This document shows positions 56,414 through 64,000 of a DNA stretch of 64,000 nt, one piece after another. The notes beneath the pieces are model-generated. The model did not search any database and was not told where the DNA came from. It saw only the letters and a program-made list of their open reading frames with translations. Numbering within the stretch: position 1 is the first letter of the stretch; each line of letters opens with the position of its first letter. Location: positions 64,001 through 128,000 of the forward strand of contig JBDRKL010000004.1 of NCBI GenBank assembly GCA_043814055.1, read 5' to 3'. This DNA is from an archaeon. GTDB taxonomy: Archaea > Undinarchaeota > Undinarchaeia > Undinarchaeales > JBDRKL01. The position numbers were made by a program, and so were the translations under genes.

Positions 56414-57472
56414 ATGAAAGTAAAACTCAAGAATCAGTCAAAAAACTTTCGAACAGTTTGGTTTGAGTCTCCTCAAGTTGTTATGATTGACCAGCCAAAG
56501 CTCCCTTTCAAGTTCGCGATAAAGCGGTTCAAGACCTACAAGGAAACAGCAAAAGCAATTTCTGACATGATTGTGCGCGGAGCTCCTGCAATCGGCGCAA
56601 CAGCCGCATACGCAACTGCGCAGGCAGTGCTTGAGTTCAAGGGCGAGGATGTGAAAAAGTTTGACGATTATATGCGCACAGCGTGCAAGCTCATCAAGTC
56701 TGCGCGGCCGACTGCGATTGACCTCGCGCACGCGACAGACCGAGTTTACAACGCGGTAATCCGCTGGGATAATCTCAAGCAGGCCAAGATGATTGCAGTA
56801 GATGAAGCTGAGAAAATTGCTGATGAGTATATTTCAATGAGCCGAAGAATTGGAGAGCACGGAGCAGAATTAATTCAGCACCGCGCGAGAATTCTCACTC
56901 ACTGCAACGCTGGCTGGCTTGCTACAGTTGATTGGGGTACTGCGCTCGCTCCAATATTTACCGCACATAGGTCCGGGACAAAGCTCTTCGTGTTCGTTGA
57001 CGAGACCCGGCCAAGGCTTCAGGGTGCAAGATTAACTGCTTGGGAGCTCGCGCAGGAAGGAATTGACCACGCGATAATCGCTGACAACGCAGCAGGATAT
57101 TATATGCGCAAGGGTGAAGTGGATATGTGCATAGTCGGCGCGGACAGAATCGCAGCGAATGGCGACGTGGCAAACAAAATTGGCACCTATGAAAAAGCAG
57201 TTGTTGCGAAAGAGCACGGAATTCCATTTTATGTTGCTGCGCCAAAGCCGACTTTTGACTTTGAGTGCAAGACAGGCGATGAAATTCCAATTGAAGAGCG
57301 GAATGAGAATGAAGTTAAGAAGATGTGGGGCAAAGAAGGCATAATAAGTGTTGCAAATCCAGGCTCGCCTGCGAAAAATCCAGCTTTTGACATCACTCCA
57401 TCCAAGTTTGTGACAGGTTATATTACTGAAATTGGGATTTTGAAGGCCAATCAGCTCTCAAAACTTGGTTGA
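56414..57472 (+). CDS. mtnA: S-methyl-5-thioribose-1-phosphate isomerase (eIF2B-like family)
   Basis: DQ.KLP, MIVRGAPAIG, RPTA, THCNAG.LAT..WGTA, ETRP.LQGARLTAWEL, GADRI, NPAFD.TP. Confidence 0.88.
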   Translation: MKVKLKNQSKNFRTVWFESPQVVMIDQPKLPFKFAIKRFKTYKETAKAISDMIVRGAPAIGATAAYATAQAVLEFKGEDVKKFDDYMRTACKLIKSARPTAIDLAHATDRVYNAVIRWDNLKQAKMIAVDEAEKIADEYISMSRRIGEHGAELIQHRARILTHCNAGWLATVDWGTALAPIFTAHRSGTKLFVFVDETRPRLQGARLTAWELAQEGIDHAIIADNAAGYYMRKGEVDMCIVGADRIAANGDVANKIGTYEKAVVAKEHGIPFYVAAPKPTFDFECKTGDEIPIEERNENEVKKMWGKEGIISVANPGSPAKNPAFDITPSKFVTGYITEIGILKANQLSKLG

Positions 57473-57624
57473 TTCTCTTCAAATTTTCACTCTTTTTATT
57501 GCTATTTATTCCCCATATTCATAATAAATATCTTCATAGCGGTTTCACCAAGTTCCAAAACCTGCTTTTCCCAAGGCAAACTTATTTATATACTATATAC
57601 GTACTGATTCCAAGGTGAATTTGA

Positions 57625-60600
57625 ATGGCCCCTAAATTAATGAAAATTGGAATATTAGTTGTACTTATAACACTCTTTGTCGCGCAGGCCGCATACGCGA
57701 ATTGCACATACTCCGGCACAGGGGATTGGATAATTGATTCCACTGAAAGCTGTGCCAATACCAGCGAAGTAATAACCCTTAATGGAAACCTTACTATTAA
57801 TGGAGAACTTAATTTCACCAACGTGACGCTCAAGGTCAATGCAACAACGCAGGGTGGTTTTAAGATATTCCTTAACGGCTCTACAACAAAATTCAATGTT
57901 TTCGGCGGCTCAAACATAACCAACGAGAGTGCAGCCAACAGCTACAACATTACTGTTGACAATGGAACCCTCATAATAAACAATTCAGTTATTGAGATGC
58001 TGAACAACTTAACTCTAAGCAATAGCGCCTTAGCAAACTTCACAAACGTAACTTTCAACAGAAGCAACATAAGCATAGCTGACTCAACCTCAAACCTCAC
58101 TGTAAAATGGTATGTTGACGTCTATGTAAATGACACAAACGGAGTCAACACAAGCGCAACAGTTGTAATAAACGATACTGCCAATAACAATCACTTCTCT
58201 GGTGCGAGCAGTGCCTCAACCGGCATGATTACCCAGCAGGTCCTGCCTGAATTCTGGCGCAATAACGCAACTTGGTATTATTATTCATTGTATAATATAT
58301 CTGCATCCAATGCCTGGGGCAGCAATAATACTACTTTAAACCTGACCTCGGACAAAACAGGCTCAAATAATATTACACTCACAGTTACTGCAGTGCCAAA
58401 CTGCACAATAACTGCTCTAAACACTTCAATAACTCTGCCACCACTCGGCTTGCAGATAGTTGAAGTAAACATTACAAACACAGGCGGGCTTACAGACAAT
58501 TTCACCCTGAATACGTCACTCCCAACTGGGTGGTCCTATGACATTGTGAACAGCACAGTCTATAACATGGTGGCAGGTTCATACACTTCAGCAAACTTGC
58601 GCATAATTGTTGGTTCAAATGGCCAGCCCGACTCAATGCAGACGCTTACCCTCTACTGTTATTCGCACAGAAACGCTGGTGCGTTCAATACCTCTACAAT
58701 GAATGTAACAGTTGACGACGCTCTGGAATATGCAACTATAACTCAAAACGCAACGGACTGGATTGAAGGTAACGAGAGCAGTCAGGGAATATGGGGGCCG
58801 TCAAATTACACAACTGCATGGGTCCTCTGGACTCTGAACACAACCGCAAATTCAAGCATCACAAACATCACGAACACAACCTCAATCTTCAACGCAACCC
58901 AGCACGCAAGCGGTTACTGGCTTGATGATGTTTATGAAAATAATACTACAACTGCCATGGTCATAATCGCATATAAGGAAGCAGGATATGCAAACAATAG
59001 CACCAATGGGAATCTTACTCTAGCTGCAAACTATTTGATGACCCAGGCAAAAGTTGATGCCAACCATGCCTGGCCATCAACAACAAACAATGCTTACACC
59101 ACTGCCGTAATCCTAACAGCACTTTACAAAGAAGGGACCTACAATTCTAATACCAGTGCAATAAATGCAACAAAATGGCTTGTTGGAAATCTGACAAACG
59201 CCTCAACAGGCAATTACACCTATTGGAGCTGGGGTAATAATACCACAAACACCTCTTGGGGAATTTGGGCTACAAAATCCGGTTATGGTTACGGGAACTT
59301 GAATAGTACTGAGCAAACCAAGCGGAATGCAGCAGTACTCTGGCTCAAGCACAACCAATCCAGAGACGGCTACTTCGGCTCCAGCGCAAACATCTATGAC
59401 ACTGCAATGGCTGTAATCGCACTTAAAGCAGAAGGTGTTGCTCTTACTGACACATGGGAAATTGACATTGACAAGAATTTCAGCACAACCTATGACCGCT
59501 ACAATGCCTCGCTTGAGCAGGCAATTTACTGGATATACACGCAGAGAAACACCTCATCCGGCGGCTGGGGACTTTCTCCAACAAGCGCGCTGGGCTCTTC
59601 ACTTGGAACACTTGCTTTAGGCGGCTCTTATGCAACTGTGAGCGGACAAGTTCAGGGCTCTGGGAATGCATCTGGCTTCAACATCACTGGGGTAAATGTC
59701 ACATTCGGCTCATACACTGCACAGACAAACAGCTCAGGTCATTACAAGCTGAACGTGCCTGCAGGCACCTACAGCTGGGATGTAGCTCATATAAACTTCA
59801 CTGCTAACTCAAGCACTGGTTTTGTTCTGGGCAACGGCGAGTCCAGAACTCAAAACATTCTGATGCTGCCAGGGATAAACATTACTGGCTTCTACGGTAC
59901 GGAGGAAACGTCAAACAAATATCTCTCAACAGCTTCTCCTGCAGCCAGCGCTACATACAACATCTCTGCAACCGCTGTCTACAAATACAATACCAGTAGG
60001 GGTGTAAATGGAACCTACTACTACAGCTTAAACGTAAGCACAGTCTCCGGTCCATATGCGTCAAATGCCACAACTGGATATTTCATGCAGGGCGGATTGA
60101 CCGCACCGGCCGTAACCGTACAAACGGCATACACAACCAATCTCTCAATCAATGACTCATACGGAAGCTACGCTGAAACAGCAAAAACTCTTACTGTAAC
60201 AGTTGTAGCAACCGGCGACCCAGCAACTGACTCAAGTGGCGGTCCACCTGGATCCACCTCAGACTACGGCCTTTCATTCCTTGAATACAGCCACGCAATC
60301 AAGCTTGCACAAGGTGAGACCCAAACAATTAAAGTCAAGATAAAGAACTCAGGGACGAAATCTCTTGAAAACGTTGCCCTCTCTATAGTAAGCATAAACA
60401 GCGACTGGTACTCCTCAAAAGTTTCAGGCACCAGCTCTGGAATTGAAGGGATGCTGGACAGCGGGGAAGTAGTGACCTATGATGTCACGTTCAACATACC
60501 TGCAACCGCGGATCCAAAAACCTACTCAGGCACCTGGCGCGTAAAGGACTCTGGGGGCAACGCGCTCGCAGAGAAGGCAATGAACCTGACAATCACTGGA

Positions 60601-61038
60601 ACTGCAGTTACAACTGGTAATGGCACCCAAAACGAAACCAAAATAGGTGGGCTCGGGCTGACCCTGCCGGACATCTCTGGTTCAGGCGTTGTGATTATGC
60701 TTATAATCGTGCTCGGTGGTGCTGCAGCCGGCTTTGTAATCTGGTACAAGTTCTTCCGGATGGTGCCAATCTCAGACATAAAAAAGAACATAACAATGTA
60801 CTCATCGGGCGGCGCCCGCCTTGAGGGTGTTGTGAAGTCCGTGACTGAAACCAAGAAGGGTAAGGTCTTTATGATAGCTGACCACACTGGCAAACTGCAC
60901 GTGCGCTATCCATACTACACAACAATTGAGAAAGGCGACCTGATTCGCTCAAAGGGCGTTATGAAAACCTACAAAGAAGTGCCGTACATGGATGCAGTTG
61001 ACCTGCTCAGAGTTACGGTGAAGCACAAAGGGATGTAG
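57625..61038 (+). CDS. Large N/T-rich surface glycoprotein with alpha/alpha-barrel (QW-repeat-like) and Ig-like domains, TM anchor and cytoplasmic OB fold
   Basis: Signal peptide, very many NxS/T sequons, Q..(S/D)G.W/F repeats, C-terminal TM helix followed by F.I.D.TG.L OB-like domain. Confidence 0.75.
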   Translation: MAPKLMKIGILVVLITLFVAQAAYANCTYSGTGDWIIDSTESCANTSEVITLNGNLTINGELNFTNVTLKVNATTQGGFKIFLNGSTTKFNVFGGSNITNESAANSYNITVDNGTLIINNSVIEMLNNLTLSNSALANFTNVTFNRSNISIADSTSNLTVKWYVDVYVNDTNGVNTSATVVINDTANNNHFSGASSASTGMITQQVLPEFWRNNATWYYYSLYNISASNAWGSNNTTLNLTSDKTGSNNITLTVTAVPNCTITALNTSITLPPLGLQIVEVNITNTGGLTDNFTLNTSLPTGWSYDIVNSTVYNMVAGSYTSANLRIIVGSNGQPDSMQTLTLYCYSHRNAGAFNTSTMNVTVDDALEYATITQNATDWIEGNESSQGIWGPSNYTTAWVLWTLNTTANSSITNITNTTSIFNATQHASGYWLDDVYENNTTTAMVIIAYKEAGYANNSTNGNLTLAANYLMTQAKVDANHAWPSTTNNAYTTAVILTALYKEGTYNSNTSAINATKWLVGNLTNASTGNYTYWSWGNNTTNTSWGIWATKSGYGYGNLNSTEQTKRNAAVLWLKHNQSRDGYFGSSANIYDTAMAVIALKAEGVALTDTWEIDIDKNFSTTYDRYNASLEQAIYWIYTQRNTSSGGWGLSPTSALGSSLGTLALGGSYATVSGQVQGSGNASGFNITGVNVTFGSYTAQTNSSGHYKLNVPAGTYSWDVAHINFTANSSTGFVLGNGESRTQNILMLPGINITGFYGTEETSNKYLSTASPAASATYNISATAVYKYNTSRGVNGTYYYSLNVSTVSGPYASNATTGYFMQGGLTAPAVTVQTAYTTNLSINDSYGSYAETAKTLTVTVVATGDPATDSSGGPPGSTSDYGLSFLEYSHAIKLAQGETQTIKVKIKNSGTKSLENVALSIVSINSDWYSSKVSGTSSGIEGMLDSGEVVTYDVTFNIPATADPKTYSGTWRVKDSGGNALAEKAMNLTITGTAVTTGNGTQNETKIGGLGLTLPDISGSGVVIMLIIVLGGAAAGFVIWYKFFRMVPISDIKKNITMYSSGGARLEGVVKSVTETKKGKVFMIADHTGKLHVRYPYYTTIEKGDLIRSKGVMKTYKEVPYMDAVDLLRVTVKHKGM

Positions 61039-61561
61039 CTCTTCTGCTTGGAGATATTGCAAGCTTTTCAAGTTCGCCCAGTTTAGGGTTTGTGTGCCCG
61101 CATTTCTGGCAGACAAAAACTATCTTGGAATGCTCTGGCCGCCCGTCTATGAAATCCTTGTACCTGTCCTTGATATAATTAAAATATTTCTGAGCCGCAG
61201 CCTCGGTCTTTGCTGAAAATATCATGCTCCACTCAAAATCTCCAAACAACATATAAACATCAATTACTTCAACACCCATCTCAGCAGCAACTTCTCCTCC
61301 TTTGAGTCCGCTTATTATCTTGTTCAGGCCTGCCTTGGTCGGCGGACTGGCCTTGAAAAGAACCATATAAGTGGTCCAGCCCATCTTGGTGCAGTCGGTA
61401 AGCGCTGAATATCCTATTATGACCTGCTCGTCTTCAAGAGCTTTTCTAGTTCGGAAGACTGTACTCTGGGCGCAATTTAATTTTTTAGCTATTGCAGAGT
61501 CGCTCTGCCGCGCGTCTTTCTTTAATTCCTTTAGAACTTTTTCGCGTATTTCATCTTTCAT
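61013..61561 (-). CDS. Lrp/AsnC family transcriptional regulator
   Basis: L.KDARQS...IAKKL....STV....K.LE...VI.GY. Confidence 0.88.
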   Translation of the reverse strand: MKDEIREKVLKELKKDARQSDSAIAKKLNCAQSTVFRTRKALEDEQVIIGYSALTDCTKMGWTTYMVLFKASPPTKAGLNKIISGLKGGEVAAEMGVEVIDVYMLFGDFEWSMIFSAKTEAAAQKYFNYIKDRYKDFIDGRPEHSKIVFVCQKCGHTNPKLGELEKLAISPSRRATSLCASP

Positions 61562-61624
61562 AACTCCACAATTCTCTCAAAACTATTATTTAAAACTTTC
61601 TTTCTATGCGATCCAGTGCATAAT

Positions 61625-62152
61625 CTAATTTCGCGTCTTGCAAACTGCCTTAATCCTTTCAAGGACAAGCGGGTTTTTCAAAACATCCTCGCCCTTCTTT
61701 TTCAAAACTCCAACCCCGCCGATAAAAATCATCTGGTGCGCTCTGGCGAATTTTTCCATTGCTGTTATTGTGCCCTGTATTGAATCCTTGCTCGCTTCTC
61801 CGGATGCTCCTGCAATTACGTTCTTCCCCCTCAGCGAAAGTTTTTGGTACAAATAATTAGTCCTGTCCATAAAGTTTTTCATAAGACCTGAGACATTGTC
61901 AAAATAGCAAGGGCTCCCAAGCACAATCGTGTCTGCCTTTAGCAGTTCAACCTCAAGCGTTTTCATACCATCCCGGATTACACACTTCTTGGTTTCCTGG
62001 CATTTGTCACAGCCATTGCACTGCTTCAGTTTAAGGTCTCTCAGCGCGATGAATTTCCTCTTCGTGCCAAGCTCTTTCATAATCGCCTTGACAAGCTTGT
62101 CAGTGTTGCCGTTCTCCACGGGGCTTCCTGATATGCCGAGTATGTAGGTCAT
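61625..62152 (-). CDS. Iron-sulfur flavoprotein / flavodoxin family
   Basis: ISGSP..NGNT, CNGCDKC...C, GSP.YF..VSG.MKNF.DR; start at MTYILG. Confidence 0.9.
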   Translation of the reverse strand: MTYILGISGSPVENGNTDKLVKAIMKELGTKRKFIALRDLKLKQCNGCDKCQETKKCVIRDGMKTLEVELLKADTIVLGSPCYFDNVSGLMKNFMDRTNYLYQKLSLRGKNVIAGASGEASKDSIQGTITAMEKFARAHQMIFIGGVGVLKKKGEDVLKNPLVLERIKAVCKTRN

Positions 62153-62186
62153 GAGTAAAATGGTTTGGGTATAAACCAATTTGCAC

Positions 62187-62246
62187 GGTAGCGGTGCAGC
62201 ATCACCAATTTGATGCACCGCACTTTCCCTCCGCAAGTAGGCGGAG
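62187..62246. mobile_element. Family-A element abutting the CCA end of tRNA-Gly
   Basis: GGTAG-CGGTGCA..TGCACCG hairpin with loop GCATCACCAATTT as at 48914, then CACTT-core CTCCGC-AAGTAG-GCGGAG (62229-62246). Confidence 0.8.
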
Positions 62247-62427
62247 TGGTGCGCCGGCCGGGACTTGAACCCGGGTCGCAGCCTGTTTGCAACCCACTTC
62301 GCAGATTTACTGCCGCGAAGCGGCTCCGAATCGCGTAGCGATTCGTTTTTTGGTCGAGCTTTTTGCGCGCGTAAGCGCGGAAAAAGGTCGTGGCAAGGCT
62401 GAATCATAGCCGCTAGACCACCAGCGC
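62247..62427 (-). tRNA. tRNA-Gly(GCC) with 106-nt intron (62285-62390) at 37/38; CCA encoded
   Basis: Acceptor GCGCTGG/CCGGCGC, anticodon stem CAGCC/GGCTG, canonical BHB with central helix UUGC/GCAA. Confidence 0.93.
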
Positions 62428-62466
62428 ATTGACTCTTACAGAGTCTTTTTCAATACTTAAGAGTTC

Positions 62467-62541
62467 TGGTGGGCCCGACCGGAATTGAACCGGTGACCTT
62501 TTCCACGTCAAGGAAATGTCATACCACTAGACCCCGGGCCC
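62467..62541 (-). tRNA. tRNA-Val(GAC), intronless; CCA encoded
   Basis: GGGCCCG/CGGGCCC acceptor stem, loop TTGACGT, GGTTCAATTCC T-arm. Confidence 0.95.
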
Positions 62542-62889
62542 GTATCCAGGGTTTAGCACCCTACCCTGGAAGTATTATAGAGGGGTTGGAGTGTATAAAT
62601 ATATTTGGTAGGCATCAGTTTACCATGGCAGCATTCCAACGAGCGCGAGAACCAGAATAACAATAAGTGCTAAACTGCTGAAAGCTGCAATCTCTACTCC
62701 AAATTCTGGTCCTTTTAACAGGGTCAACGCAAGTATTACAATGAGTCCATTGCAGACCACTACGAGTAGAGGGTTATGATGCCCTTTCCGGTTTAGAATC
62801 ATGATTGTTCAAATAATTGTCTTTGCTTTTATATATTATTTTCTAGACTGGAGTATACAGAACGCGTATGTCCCCAAGCCCGCTCAACA

Positions 62890-63033
62890 TCAGGATTTAA
62901 ACAACTTTTTCTTACAGCGCAAATACGCCTTTTTTAAACGCTTTGCATACGCTGGATGAAATGTTAAGAAGACAAGAATCGCCATGCCTATAATGCTTAT
63001 TCCAAGTATTATTGCAATTTTTTCTGTTGCCAT
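62890..63033 (-). CDS. Short single-TM ORF, possibly a truncated transporter fragment
   Basis: MATEKIAIILGISIIGMAILVFLTF... (47 aa) directly after the CBS gene; another hydrophobic fragment at 62620-62802. Confidence 0.35.
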   Translation of the reverse strand: MATEKIAIILGISIIGMAILVFLTFHPAYAKRLKKAYLRCKKKLFKS

Positions 63034-63042
63034 CTTATTTTT

Positions 63043-63555
63043 TCACACTCCAATATTTTGCAGCAAGTCAATCAAACTGCTTGGCGTTACAACGCCTCTG
63101 ACTTTCTTATTCTTGTCTAAGACAGGGATGTAGTGAAAACCCTCTTTATATACCAACTCTATTACTTTGTTGATAGGAGTGTCCAGGCTTACTACAGAGC
63201 TGTGTTTATTTATCAACTCTTTGGCATTTTTGTACTGGAATTCCCTTATGTAGCCAACATTCAGCAATTGTACAAGCGGTTCATATTTTACCTGATGCAA
63301 AAACAGTTTAATCATGTCTTCGTCGCTAATTTCCCCTACAAACTCATCCTCTTTTGTAACTACTATGCAAACATTCGTGTCCTCCCTTTTTAGTTTGTTT
63401 AGTATTTTTTCTGCGTCATCGTCAGGATGAAGGAGAACAGGTCTGATCATTGCATCTTTCGCAGTCAATCCGCCTACACCTGCAATTTCAGAAATAGCTA
63501 CAGCGTCTTTCTTTCTTAACTTTCTATTAAAATCTGCAGACTTTATTTTTTTCAT
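63043..63555 (-). CDS. CBS domain pair protein
   Basis: TAKDAM...FVGEIS..D and IPVLD....GVVT..L. Confidence 0.88.
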   Translation of the reverse strand: MKKIKSADFNRKLRKKDAVAISEIAGVGGLTAKDAMIRPVLLHPDDDAEKILNKLKREDTNVCIVVTKEDEFVGEISDEDMIKLFLHQVKYEPLVQLLNVGYIREFQYKNAKELINKHSSVVSLDTPINKVIELVYKEGFHYIPVLDKNKKVRGVVTPSSLIDLLQNIGV

Positions 63556-63830
63556 TCCGCCCCCCTCTTTTTAACAATTTTATCATATACCTTAAACAAC
63601 TCCTTAATCTCTTTTATTTTAAGGGAATAGAATTTCTCAGGCGGCTTTTCCTCGGAATTTACAAAACCAAAATCATACAGCAGTTTCAGGTGCTTGGACG
63701 CAGAAGACTCGGTTAGGTTTAGTTTCTCAGCTATTTCATGGACAGATACCTTTTCTTTCTGGCAAAGTATATGCAACATGTCCCTTCTTGCCCTGGACCT
63801 TATCGCTCTGGCAAGTTGTTCATCCGGCAT
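63552..63830 (-). CDS. ArsR/SmtB family transcriptional regulator
   Basis: R..ML.IL.....VHEIAEKL.LTESSASKHLKLL...G.V; start at MPDEQ. Confidence 0.88.
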   Translation of the reverse strand: MPDEQLARAIRSRARRDMLHILCQKEKVSVHEIAEKLNLTESSASKHLKLLYDFGFVNSEEKPPEKFYSLKIKEIKELFKVYDKIVKKRGAE

Positions 63831-64000
63831 AATTTTGTGTAAGCTTGGCGACTTTTTAAGTGTTTCTATGTTGCACAACTGAGCAACCAAAAAACTGAAA
63901 AAGTTTGGATTTTTGCCGTGCCTTTATATGCAAATGAGGCGATTTACACAGGAACTAGGTCATATAATTTATTCAAATCAGGGTTTACTTTCCCTTCCCT

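Noticed and set aside
56414-57472. Ribose-1,5-bisphosphate isomerase partner of RuBisCO
   Set aside because: Motifs (THCNAG.LAT, QGARLTAWEL, N-terminal DQ.KLP) fit MtnA better; AMP phosphorylase is not in the window
62187-62246. HDV-like (theta) ribozyme at the tRNA 3' end
   Set aside because: The position is suggestive, but the P1-P2-P3-P1.1-P4 nested topology could not be built; the first stem encloses only 6 nt
62153-62407. N-terminal extension of the flavoprotein ORF
   Set aside because: Runs through tRNA-Gly and its intron; family similarity starts at MTYILG (62152)

Overview
Archaeal chromosomal window, probably from a small-genome DPANN-type lineage (inferred from gene content only: form III RuBisCO, histone, split Kae1/Bud32, Nre, OapABC, RtcB/archease). 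It is mostly housekeeping genes for translation, RNA processing and repair, plus three tRNAs (two with BHB introns), one box C/D guide sRNA and several lipoprotein or orphan islands. The notable material is non-coding. (1) A dispersed family of ~80-140 bp modular palindromic elements (core CTCCGC-N6-GCGGAG, 8 copies, with compensatory base changes); 7 of 8 cores lie 0-6 nt from a duplicated end of the host gene (nfo, archease, nre, a C/D sRNA), and the eighth abuts the CCA end of tRNA-Gly. (2) The same gene-end-replacement geometry occurs around orphan cargo ORFs at rsmA, bud32 and tRNA-Thr. (3) A hairpin module is shared between the tRNA-Gly intron and an intergenic insert. (4) A candidate ~320-nt ncRNA of four co-varying UUCG hairpins, each closed by UGG/CCA, lies upstream of the CCA-adding enzyme gene. 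(5) An unannotated adjacent pair of extremely basic and extremely acidic micro-proteins. No integrase, transposase, reverse transcriptase or cas gene is visible in the window. All annotations come from reading motifs by eye; no searches or folding programs were run.
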